A stretch of 24,915 nucleotides of DNA from positions 1-24,915 of the IMG/VR virus record IMGVR_UViG_3300011013_002753; one strand, 5' to 3'. Below are positions 7,783 through 15,751 of the stretch, one piece after another (position 1 is the first letter of the stretch; each line of letters starts with the position of its first letter). The DNA is from a virus (Duplodnaviria; Caudoviricetes). The position numbers and the translations under genes were made by a program. Under the pieces are notes generated by a model. It did not search any database and was not told the origin of the DNA. It saw only the letters and a program-made list of their open reading frames with translations.

Positions 7783-8294
7783 TATATCATCTCTAAGGCG
7801 GCTTCAGTAGTTTCATCAACTCTACGTGTCCAACCTCTTCCAAACGTCTCAAATGTTGATAAAGATTCGTAGTATTTTTGTCTAGCTGTTTGATAGTCAT
7901 GTATAGTAGGGGCAAGACCTTCTGCACCTACATATTCTTTTACTTTATATAAAGTATTAGGTCCGATCGCCCCATCAGCAGCAGATCCAATCATGCGCTG
8001 TAAATATTTAGCAGCTCTACCTGTTCCAGCATTTACTCCGAAATCAAATACACACAAATCTAATCCTGGAGGCAGTTTATCACATTTTAGTCTTCCCCAG
8101 TAATTTTTTTCATAAATAGGGGCAACATCTTCAACTGTTAAGTCTTTCATATCTTTTGTACCACCCCATTCTTCATATACCCTTTTAGTAACTCCGAGAT
8201 TTGTTTCTCCTCCAGGGTCTTTAGGGTGATTTACGTAACCACCTTCATGATGTAAAATTAGGTTTAAACATTTACTATAGTTTTCGCTTGACAC
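7782..8294 (-). CDS. Glycoside hydrolase family 108 endolysin with PG-binding C-terminus
   Basis: HEGGYVNHPKDPGGETNLGVT, FDFGVNAG, LQR, DGAIGPNT, FGRGWTRR. GTG start with AAGGAG RBS. Confidence 0.93.
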   Translation of the reverse strand: MSSENYSKCLNLILHHEGGYVNHPKDPGGETNLGVTKRVYEEWGGTKDMKDLTVEDVAPIYEKNYWGRLKCDKLPPGLDLCVFDFGVNAGTGRAAKYLQRMIGSAADGAIGPNTLYKVKEYVGAEGLAPTIHDYQTARQKYYESLSTFETFGRGWTRRVDETTEAALEMI

Positions 8295-8315
8295 TATTAC
8301 TCTCCTTCACCTTTA

Positions 8316-8344
8316 ATATTAATATATTTACAACTAAAAGTCCA
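8316..8344 (-). promoter_or_regulatory. Possible sigma70-type promoter for the lysis/curli run
   Basis: TGGACT-17 nt-TAATAT on the minus strand upstream of the endolysin RBS. Weaker match than the other promoters. Confidence 0.4.
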
Positions 8345-8347
8345 ATT

Positions 8348-8752
8348 TTAAATTGAAAAACTTTCTCCGCATCCGCAACGGCTTGTTTCATTACCTGTTG
8401 TAAATACAAAATCTTTTTTAAACTTGTCCGAAATATAATCTAACGTGCCCACACTATTCTCTATAGTTGATACAACTTCCTTGTCTACCCATACAATAAT
8501 ATCATTTATTTGAAATTTAATCGCATTAGAAGTATTTTTCGTTGTTGGTTTCTCTACAAAGTAACTTAATCCATTACATCCTTTTGTAGATAAACCTATA
8601 TAAGCACTAGGAAAAGGCTGGTCTGTGAGTATTTGTGCTGCTGCATCTGTAATTGTAATAATACAAGAATTTTGCATCATAAATAGCTCTTCTGTGGTAT
8701 AAATACTTGCTGATTTTTTTTCTTTAATTTCTGCTATTGATAATTTTCCCAT
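8348..8752 (-). CDS. iscA: HesB/IscA-family Fe-S cluster A-type carrier
   Basis: ITITDAAA, KGCNGLSY, TLDY, and C-terminal RCGCGESFSI (three conserved Cys). AAGGAG RBS before ATG 8752. Confidence 0.88.
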   Translation of the reverse strand: MGKLSIAEIKEKKSASIYTTEELFMMQNSCIITITDAAAQILTDQPFPSAYIGLSTKGCNGLSYFVEKPTTKNTSNAIKFQINDIIVWVDKEVVSTIENSVGTLDYISDKFKKDFVFTTGNETSRCGCGESFSI

Positions 8753-8942
8753 TTCTAAACTCCTTGAAATTATATTTTGTTAATATTCCTTTAACAGTAT
8801 TCCATTGTCTAGTTGTTAGTTGAGGATACTCTTCTTGGCATTTTAAACACCCTCTAATGAAATTAGAGTCGTATGACGACATTTTTTGTGTTATAAAAAA
8901 CGTCGTCATACGTTTAGTTATTCTTCGAGTTATCTTTTTCAT
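8724..8942 (-). CDS. Hypothetical protein
   Basis: 72-aa ORF in operon orientation overlapping both neighbours, with an AAGGT RBS-like site. Confidence 0.6.
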   Translation of the reverse strand: MKKITRRITKRMTTFFITQKMSSYDSNFIRGCLKCQEEYPQLTTRQWNTVKGILTKYNFKEFRNGKIINSRN

Positions 8943-9063
8943 TTGTTACCTTAATTTTTGGAACTTCATAAACAAAAGGGTCAGATTTGAGTAATTTTCT
9001 TTTTTTAAAGAAAAAATGTAACTCAAATATAACTCTTTCATATATCTCAAAAAATACTTTCAT
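8914..9063 (-). CDS. Small hypothetical protein (49 aa) with a KLLKSDPFVYE motif
   Basis: Hand translation: MKVFFEIYERVIFELHFFFKKRKLLKSDPFVYEVPKIKVTNEKDNSKNN. It fills the gap, with ATG 1 nt after the TAXI gene stop. Confidence 0.55.
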   Translation of the reverse strand: MKVFFEIYERVIFELHFFFKKRKLLKSDPFVYEVPKIKVTNEKDNSKNN

Positions 9064-9064
9064 T

Positions 9065-10060
9065 TTATTTTATCAATCCTATATCTGTGTAAAATTTAAT
9101 AGCACCGGGATGTATTAATTTTCTATCAAAATTAGCCATAACATTTCTATCAAATGTTTTCCAAATTTTTGACATTTTCATAAGCTCATCTACGTTTTCA
9201 TAAATTGCTTTTGTAACTGCATAAACTTTTTTATCGGACGTATGGGTACTTGCCCACATCGTATAGTAATAAGCAAGTACATTTGTTTGTTCTTTAACAG
9301 GAACATATGACCCTGCAGAAACAGTATCAATGTATGCGTACTTAGACATATATTTTTTAGCAGCTCTTAAACTTTTATCTGTTTTAGTAAGATTTAAACA
9401 TCTAATTCCGTCTTTAAACTTAATTGCGGCTTTTTGAGGCCATGAAGAGCCTAAAGATGTAAATACCCAATCAACTTGATTTTTTATAAACATTCTTCTC
9501 GCAAATTTTAAAGATGAAGCACTTTTTAAATTTAATTCTCTAGGTTTAATATTTTCTGTGCCTAAAATTGCATCTGTAATATGTCTATAAACAGGTGCAG
9601 CACGGTAAAAATAAGGTGTTCTAGTACCTATAACATTTCTTAGTTCTTTAATAGAAGAATGTTGAGGTACTACAGGGCATAATCTAAGAACCATCAAAGT
9701 AGCTACATGACGTAAATTACTGTAATCTTTTCCTAGAAACTGTCCTGTTGATGTATATAACCAGTGTGCTTGAACAATATTAGAAGCACCAAAATCTAGT
9801 GTTCCATTATTAACTAATGGAGCAATTGCATTAGTTCCCGAATAATGAATTGGTTTCATTATGAATTGTGAATTATCTGTAACTATTTTAGGAATTGTTA
9901 AAGATAATCCCTTACTAAATGATCCCTTTTTACCTCCGAAAGTCATTGTGTTTGATTCAGGTTTTGAATCATACTTAGATAAAATATCTTTTAAATCTGC
10001 TGTATAAGCAGGGCTAGTTAACATAAGTAAAAACGCTAAAATTAAACTAAAAATTTTCAT
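9065..10060 (-). CDS. TAXI-family TRAP transporter solute-binding protein
   Basis: Signal peptide; GTNAIAPLVNNGTLDFGASN, GQFLGKDYSNLRHVATL, SSIKEL, AGSYV, VYAVTKAIYEN, IHPGAIKFY. Adjacent to a fused TRAP permease. Confidence 0.85.
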   Translation of the reverse strand: MKIFSLILAFLLMLTSPAYTADLKDILSKYDSKPESNTMTFGGKKGSFSKGLSLTIPKIVTDNSQFIMKPIHYSGTNAIAPLVNNGTLDFGASNIVQAHWLYTSTGQFLGKDYSNLRHVATLMVLRLCPVVPQHSSIKELRNVIGTRTPYFYRAAPVYRHITDAILGTENIKPRELNLKSASSLKFARRMFIKNQVDWVFTSLGSSWPQKAAIKFKDGIRCLNLTKTDKSLRAAKKYMSKYAYIDTVSAGSYVPVKEQTNVLAYYYTMWASTHTSDKKVYAVTKAIYENVDELMKMSKIWKTFDRNVMANFDRKLIHPGAIKFYTDIGLIK

Positions 10061-10081
10061 TAAGTTTCCTTTCTCTTTTTA

Positions 10082-10110
10082 ATTTTATAATACTTTTAAC
10101 TAAAAGTCAA
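10082..10110 (-). promoter_or_regulatory. Sigma70-type promoter for the TAXI binding-protein gene
   Basis: TTGACT-17 nt-TAAAAT overlapping the permease stop codon, followed by an AAGGA RBS. Confidence 0.6.
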
Positions 10111-11653
10111 ACAATAAAATGTTTGGAAAATAAACAATCAAAAACGGAATTAAAAACACAACCCAACAAATTTTAACTGCTTCAAACGAAGTTTTCATGG
10201 GGTCCGCTTTTGATATACTAGCAGCAGCAAAAGAACAAATTGCTATCGGAGGTGTGATATTAGCTAATATCGCAAACCAATATACAAAAAGATGTGCTGC
10301 TAATAGAGGTATACCTAGTTCTACTAAAGCAGGTGCACATAAATGTGCAACTAACAAGTAAGCAGGAACTGTAGGCATACCCATACCTAATATTAAACAG
10401 GTTACTGCAGTAATAATAAGTAATAATGGTAAACTATATTGACCCATAGAAGTTAAAAAATAAGTTATACTATATCCTAAACTAGTATATTCTAATGTTC
10501 CAACTGCTAAAGAAGCAGCTAATAATATTACAATTATTGAAATTGCTGATCGTCCTGTTTCAACAAAAATTTCAAATAATTTGGTAATATTTAATTTAGT
10601 TACACATGCTGCTAATAACGCCACAGAAGCATAAAGAACTGCGGTATCGGGTTCTAAATTAAAATAAAATAGACTAATCATTATAACTATAAAAGGAAGT
10701 ACAAAAAACCAACCTTTTTTAAAAGAAAAATCTACTTTTTCTTCTTCTATATTTTTTATATTTTTAGAAGAAAAATAATGTGCATGAAAAAATAAAGGGG
10801 TGTAATAAAGAAGAGCAGGTATTATTGCGGCAATTGCAATATCTGCATAGGGTATGTCAATAATATCAGCCATAATAAAAACAGCCGCACCCATAATTGG
10901 AGGTACTATCTGACCACCTGTTGAAGCTATAGCTTCATAAGCGGCGGCCACTGTTCTTTTATATCCAGATTTTAGCATAATAGGGATTGTTATTACCCCT
11001 GTAGATACCGTATTCGCAATAGTACTTCCAGAAATAGTACCAAAGATACTAGAAGCCACTATTGCAATTTTAGCAGGTCCACCTTTTTGATTTTGGACCA
11101 TTGCTCTTGACGCATCTATTATCCAAGCTGTTCCTCCTGTTACTTTTAATATACTGGAAAAGAACAAAAACAATAGTATTACTTCTAAAAATATTTGAGG
11201 ACCAATACCAAAAAGGCCGCTATCACTCATTCCTAAAAATGTAATATATTCTAGTATATTTATCTCTCTTGATTGTAGTAATGGAGAAGGAATATATTGT
11301 CCAAAAATAGCGTATAGCATAAAACAACATATAACATAAAATAACGCTTTACTGGCACTAACATAACAGCAAAATAAAATAGTTCCTACTAATACTGTAG
11401 AAATTAAACTAGACTCAATTATATGGTCGTATAAATTTTCACTTAATTCGGGAAAATTAAAAAATAAATATCCAGATACCCCTAATACAAAATAGGCGAA
11501 ATATTTATTATACTTTTCAAGAACAAGAAACAAAGACATTCCTAACATTCCTGTAAGTATTTGTTCTAAATATAAAAATGGAAATAAATTTAATACATAG
11601 CCTATTCCCAACAAGGGTAATAAGGCAAATAACAAATTACTAACTATACTCAT
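10100..11653 (-). CDS. TRAP transporter fused permease (DctQM, 4TM/12TM TAXI-associated type)
   Basis: Polytopic; GGPAKIAIVASSIFGTISGS, ANTVSTGVITIP, EAIASTGGQIVPPIMGAAVFIMA, LILGMGMPTVPAY, LAAHLFVYWFA, ITPPIA. Confidence 0.92.
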   Translation of the reverse strand: MSIVSNLLFALLPLLGIGYVLNLFPFLYLEQILTGMLGMSLFLVLEKYNKYFAYFVLGVSGYLFFNFPELSENLYDHIIESSLISTVLVGTILFCCYVSASKALFYVICCFMLYAIFGQYIPSPLLQSREINILEYITFLGMSDSGLFGIGPQIFLEVILLFLFFSSILKVTGGTAWIIDASRAMVQNQKGGPAKIAIVASSIFGTISGSTIANTVSTGVITIPIMLKSGYKRTVAAAYEAIASTGGQIVPPIMGAAVFIMADIIDIPYADIAIAAIIPALLYYTPLFFHAHYFSSKNIKNIEEEKVDFSFKKGWFFVLPFIVIMISLFYFNLEPDTAVLYASVALLAACVTKLNITKLFEIFVETGRSAISIIVILLAASLAVGTLEYTSLGYSITYFLTSMGQYSLPLLLIITAVTCLILGMGMPTVPAYLLVAHLCAPALVELGIPLLAAHLFVYWFAILANITPPIAICSFAAASISKADPMKTSFEAVKICWVVFLIPFLIVYFPNILLFDF

Positions 11654-12116
11654 CTTCCTTTGTTATACAAATAGTTAATCTTGGTTCCGGTGTAGGATTT
11701 ACAACTCTATGTTCTAAATCTGACCTAAAAACATAACTATACCCCTCTTCTGGTATCCATTTGACACCGTTTTTAAACTCTAGAAAACTATTATCTGGAG
11801 TTTTAATATAAGTTAAAATAGCACTCGATAGCTCTTTTTTATTCTGGTCCACATGCCAATTAATATATCCTTTTGGTCCTAGTATTGCGGCGTAAACTGT
11901 ATCATAAGGAGCTAATTTATTTTCTCTTAGCCACTCTCTTAAATATTTACATACTACAAGTATTTGATTAGGTTTCCCCTTAGTTATTAAATCAATACTT
12001 TTCCAATCTTTAGCGTACCCTGTTCTATCTTTTGTTAATTTTCTAAGTAACAAAATTTCTTTAGAAGCTAACTCGCAATTAATTTTTAAAGTATCAAGTT
12101 TTTTGTAATAAATCAT
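11640..12116 (-). CDS. Asp/Asn beta-hydroxylase-like 2OG-Fe(II) oxygenase
   Basis: W-K-S-I-D-L, LGPKGYINWHVD (HxD), distal EHRVVN...R-L-T-I. Confidence 0.7.
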   Translation of the reverse strand: MIYYKKLDTLKINCELASKEILLLRKLTKDRTGYAKDWKSIDLITKGKPNQILVVCKYLREWLRENKLAPYDTVYAAILGPKGYINWHVDQNKKELSSAILTYIKTPDNSFLEFKNGVKWIPEEGYSYVFRSDLEHRVVNPTPEPRLTICITKEDEYS

Positions 12117-12765
12117 TGTATTTCATTACTCTATTTCTTAGATCAGGAATGTAATGAAGCATATTACCTTTAAAAACTTGAATATCATCCGACTCTACAG
12201 TTATTAAAATTATAATTTGTTTAATATCCGTTTGAAATAACTCATTATGTGCATAGGCGTACGCAGCACATTGAATATAATAATCTTTAATTTGTTTAAC
12301 ATTTTTTTTCTTTTTAGATGTTTTAAAATCAACAATAGAGGGTTTATTATCCCATAATCCTACTAAATCAACTCTACCTGCATATTTTAATGTAGGACTC
12401 CATAAAGGAATTTCTTGTGCCCACACTTCATCAATTCCACGCTCTCCTGCTTTAATCAAGTTATGTGTCATTTGTCTAACGTCGGAAGATTCAGAAGCTA
12501 AATCAGAATAAATATCTTCTTTATTAAAATACTTTTCAGCATATTCATGGATTAATGTTCCTCTGTCTGTTGCTTCTTTTGAAATTCTATTAGCTTCTTC
12601 TTCACCAACTCGTTCTCGCCATTTTTGTAACCAAACTTGATTATCTGAAGTTTTACCTAGTAAGGTGGTGATACTAGGAAAATCACCATCAGGAGTAAAA
12701 TAAGTCCTGCCAGTCGGTAATGTCTCAGCATAAACAGATGAAGTTTTTTCATAATTTATATCCAT
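12094..12765 (-). CDS. PD-(D/E)XK exonuclease (phage exonuclease, MGME1/Cas4-like superfamily)
   Basis: FPSITTLL, WRERVGEEEANRIS, RGTLIH, QEIPL, AGRVDLV, VDFKTS, YYIQCAAYA. Confidence 0.87.
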   Translation of the reverse strand: MDINYEKTSSVYAETLPTGRTYFTPDGDFPSITTLLGKTSDNQVWLQKWRERVGEEEANRISKEATDRGTLIHEYAEKYFNKEDIYSDLASESSDVRQMTHNLIKAGERGIDEVWAQEIPLWSPTLKYAGRVDLVGLWDNKPSIVDFKTSKKKKNVKQIKDYYIQCAAYAYAHNELFQTDIKQIIILITVESDDIQVFKGNMLHYIPDLRNRVMKYNDLLQKT

Positions 12766-13313
12766 TATTTCTCCACAAAAGTATGATTTCCAATAATAGT
12801 TTTACTTTTTATTTTTTTTGCCCAAGATGGAAATACTTTCTTATGGGCGTAGTAATGCAAAGCATTACCCACTAAAGGTTTATCGAGATCAAAATAAACT
12901 AACATTGATGTTGCAACAGCATTTTTCCAATGACGTTTGGAATATTTATTATATAAACGAATTTTATCAGACCTACCATCACAATACCAACTAAATTGGC
13001 ATCTATGTTTAGAAGGATAATATATTCTTTCACTATCTGCTAATTTAGGATATTTTTTAGTTTTCCAACTTTCCCTTATTGGACCTTCTAAAATAACTTT
13101 ACAGTATGTATTAGGAAAATGTTTATTTTTTACTCTATTTTTAACTACTTGATTAACTGCTATTTTACCTATGGGAGCCTCTCCTCTAGCTTCAAAAAAA
13201 GCATTTGAAGCTAGACAGTATAACTCTTGTATATCTGTACTGCCAAGATTAGAATAGGTTGCAGAAGCTAATTGTATAAGTATAGTTAAAGCTTTTGGTG
13301 TAATTTCTAGCAT
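12765..13313 (-). CDS. SleB/CwlJ-like cell wall hydrolase (Hydrolase_2)
   Basis: CLASNAFFEARGE, AVNQVVKNRV, FPNTYCKVI, CQFSWYCDG, LHYYA, PSWA, IGNHTF. Confidence 0.9.
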   Translation of the reverse strand: MLEITPKALTILIQLASATYSNLGSTDIQELYCLASNAFFEARGEAPIGKIAVNQVVKNRVKNKHFPNTYCKVILEGPIRESWKTKKYPKLADSERIYYPSKHRCQFSWYCDGRSDKIRLYNKYSKRHWKNAVATSMLVYFDLDKPLVGNALHYYAHKKVFPSWAKKIKSKTIIGNHTFVEK

Positions 13314-13314
13314 A

Positions 13315-13689
13315 TTATTTATTCTCTAGATAGTTTTCTTTTTCACGCATTTTAAAATAATCGTATATAATTAATGGTTTACCTGCTGCTACTAAACAAG
13401 AAACCCCTTTAGCATCGGTTAAAATAAGAGTCCAAGTTTGTGTTTTTGGATTAAGTAAAACCTGAAATATTTGGCTCTGGTTTGCATTAAGTATTCCTGA
13501 CAATGCTGTTGTTTCTTGAAATTGGTCCTTAATCATTGTAGTCATTCTAACAGTATTATCACATATTACACTCATTATTCCCAGTTGAGGTTCTGCAGTA
13601 ACACTAGGAAAATTTAATTCTTGTGCTGCTACTTTAAATGGAATAGTTAAAAGTAAACTTAGTAAAATTGTTAAATAAATAGATTTCAT
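13315..13689 (-). CDS. Hypothetical secreted protein
   Basis: Signal peptide; two Cys and N-P-K-T-Q-T-W-T; GGAG RBS. Confidence 0.7.
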   Translation of the reverse strand: MKSIYLTILLSLLLTIPFKVAAQELNFPSVTAEPQLGIMSVICDNTVRMTTMIKDQFQETTALSGILNANQSQIFQVLLNPKTQTWTLILTDAKGVSCLVAAGKPLIIYDYFKMREKENYLENK

Positions 13690-13710
13690 TTTTGTCTCCG
13701 TACTCTGTAC

Positions 13711-13739
13711 ATTATATATAATAGTTAACCTTTTGTCAA
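13711..13739 (-). promoter_or_regulatory. Perfect-consensus sigma70 promoter
   Basis: TTGACA-17 nt-TATAAT on the minus strand in the 50-bp gap, upstream of the GGAG RBS of 13315..13689. Confidence 0.85.
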
Positions 13740-15128
13740 TTAATAGTTAATATTTTTAGTTACTTCTTGTAAATTTTCAAGATTATTTACAATAGGCGTG
13801 CCTTTTAAATTTAAACTAGTATTTACTAAAATAGGATGACCGTTTGTTGTTGTAATTTTTAAAACTTCGTATAGCCAAGGGTTATTTTCTTTTGAAACAA
13901 TTTGAAGTCTAGCTGATTTATCAGGATATGAATACCATTTTTTAGTTTTACTATACGCGATATAAAGCATTTCATGGGACTCTTTAATCACATCAAAATA
14001 AGTACTTGCCGCTTCTTTTAAACAAATAGGTGCCCAAGGACGCCAACGGTCGTGCTCTCTTCCTTTTAAATCGTGTAACCTTAAATTATTTATTTTGGTT
14101 GGTAATGCTAACAAGCTTCTATTACCTAGTGCTCTTGGTCCCCATTCAGCCCTTCCTCTACAAACTGGAACTATTTTGCCACTAATTATTTGTGTAGCAA
14201 TTTCATAAGGATCTAGTATGTCACCTACATCATAGCCCAAATACGCATTTTTCCAATTAGCATCTTCAATCTTTAAAGCAGCTCCTAGAGCGCCACCAGC
14301 ATCTCCTGCCGCAGGTTGAATCCATATATCTTCTATTTTCGTATTTTGTAAAATTCTTGTATTAGCAACACAATTTAAGGCAACTCCTCCACTATAAGCT
14401 AGCTTTTTTTGTCCGGTTCTTTTTTGTAACCATTTTACTAGATTAATAATTATATCTTCTAATACTTGTTGAGCACTGGCAGCTATATCAAAATCAGTTA
14501 CACCATACCCTAACCCTTTTCTTAAGTCATATTCAACCCAATATGATCCTTCTTTATCCGTACTAACTAAATATTTTTCCATATATTCTTTCCACTTTGG
14601 ATAGCCATACATAGCAGCACTCATAACTTTAGATTCATCTGAGTTTGGAGTAAATCCAAGTAACCTTGTAATAGAACTATAAAAAAGACCTAAACTTTGT
14701 GGGTAAGGAAATTTTCTTAACCAATGAATTTTTTTACCATCCCAATAGCCTAAACTAGTAGAATAATGACCTCCTTTAGTGTCAATAACCATTACAGCAC
14801 AAGTATCCCATCCACTAGTTTTAATTGAACTTAATGCGTGGGATTCATGATGTTCTAAAAAATGAATATTAGAATTCTTTATATCTAACTGAGATTTAAT
14901 TAAAGATTTAATTTCTCGTCGTTTGATAAAGTTCATTTTATCAAAAAATACTACATCATCTACAGTATGGTCAAATTTTTGTAACCATCTTAATGTATAT
15001 ACTGGCCACCTGTTGTCAAATTTTTGTCTACTGAATCTCTCTTCGTGAGATGCAGCAACAATTTTATTATCTGATACTAGTGCTGCAGCACTGTCATGGT
15101 GAAAAGCACTTATTCCTAATGTTGTCAT
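13740..15128 (-). CDS. O-carbamoyltransferase (NodU/CmcH/TobZ family)
   Basis: LGISAFHHDSAAAL, EERFSRQK, EHHESHA, SLGLFYS, GGVALNCVAN, QPAAGDAG, GRAEWGPRALGNRS, RPWAP, NTSLN. Confidence 0.93.
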   Translation of the reverse strand: MTTLGISAFHHDSAAALVSDNKIVAASHEERFSRQKFDNRWPVYTLRWLQKFDHTVDDVVFFDKMNFIKRREIKSLIKSQLDIKNSNIHFLEHHESHALSSIKTSGWDTCAVMVIDTKGGHYSTSLGYWDGKKIHWLRKFPYPQSLGLFYSSITRLLGFTPNSDESKVMSAAMYGYPKWKEYMEKYLVSTDKEGSYWVEYDLRKGLGYGVTDFDIAASAQQVLEDIIINLVKWLQKRTGQKKLAYSGGVALNCVANTRILQNTKIEDIWIQPAAGDAGGALGAALKIEDANWKNAYLGYDVGDILDPYEIATQIISGKIVPVCRGRAEWGPRALGNRSLLALPTKINNLRLHDLKGREHDRWRPWAPICLKEAASTYFDVIKESHEMLYIAYSKTKKWYSYPDKSARLQIVSKENNPWLYEVLKITTTNGHPILVNTSLNLKGTPIVNNLENLQEVTKNINY

Positions 15129-15132
15129 ATAT

Positions 15133-15168
15133 AAAAATAGGCCAGAGTCTGGTAAAAGACTCTGACCT
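15133..15168 (-). terminator. Rho-independent terminator after hsp20
   Basis: AGGTCAGAGTCT-TTTACC-AGACTCTGGCCT (12-bp stem with one U-G pair) followed by ATTTTT. Confidence 0.8.
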
Positions 15169-15194
15169 GTTCCTTTGTAAGTTTCGAGTCTATA

Positions 15195-15632
15195 TTACTT
15201 TACAGTAATAAGTCGAGGTTTCTTTTCTTCTGGAATAATACGTTCTAGTTTAATAGAAAGCATACCGTTTTCCAGTGTTGCATCGTTTACAATGATATCA
15301 TCAGCAAGAGTAAACCTTCGTTCAAACTTACGATATGAAATACCACGATAAACAGTGTCTTCATCTTTACTGTTTTCTTTTACAGAACGAACAGAAAGTG
15401 TTCCATCAGCAACTTCTACTTCAATGTCCTCCTTACCAAAACCCGCAAGAGCCATTTCGATCACATGATTGTATTTACCTTCTTTCCGAATATTATAAGG
15501 CGGAAATCCTGTAGACGCTACATTATCTGTAGCATATCTACTTAGCGTGTCAAACATACGATCAAAACCTACTGCATACGGGGTAAGTTGATTGAAGTTG
15601 TCGAATAGATTTAGTGTTTTATTTGTAACCAT
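15195..15632 (-). CDS. hsp20: Small heat-shock protein Hsp20 (IbpA-like)
   Basis: VGFDRMF, FPPYNI, IEMALAGF, RGISYRKFERRFTLAD, LENGMLSIKL, PEEKKPRLITV. Confidence 0.95.
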   Translation of the reverse strand: MVTNKTLNLFDNFNQLTPYAVGFDRMFDTLSRYATDNVASTGFPPYNIRKEGKYNHVIEMALAGFGKEDIEVEVADGTLSVRSVKENSKDEDTVYRGISYRKFERRFTLADDIIVNDATLENGMLSIKLERIIPEEKKPRLITVK

Positions 15633-15690
15633 TTTATTTTCTCCTTTTTAAGCAAGATTACGTTTTGACTCCCGCTTTGCGGCAAGTCAC
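15630..15690 (-). promoter_or_regulatory. ROSE-like RNA thermometer in the hsp20 5' UTR
   Basis: 5' hairpin GACUUGCCGC-AAA-GCGGGAGUC, then UCUUGCU-UAAAA-AGGAGA, in which U(U/C)GCU pairs with the SD leaving a bulged G. Confidence 0.7.
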
Positions 15691-15708
15691 TGGTTTTATC
15701 CATTATTT

Positions 15709-15737
15709 ATCATATCAAATTTATAACAAGAGTGCAA
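15709..15737 (-). promoter_or_regulatory. Sigma70-type promoter of hsp20
   Basis: TTGCAC-17 nt-TATGAT just upstream of the structured UTR. Confidence 0.65.
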
Positions 15738-15751
15738 GAACTATTTTCTTC

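Noticed and set aside
12094-12765. Cas4-like nuclease as a sign of a CRISPR system
   Set aside because: No repeat-spacer array or other cas genes are visible, and it lacks the four-Cys Fe-S pattern; it is an ordinary phage exonuclease.
15660-15750. GC-rich hairpin as part of a tRNA or separate ncRNA
   Set aside because: No cloverleaf or T-loop; it is explained as the hsp20 5' UTR.
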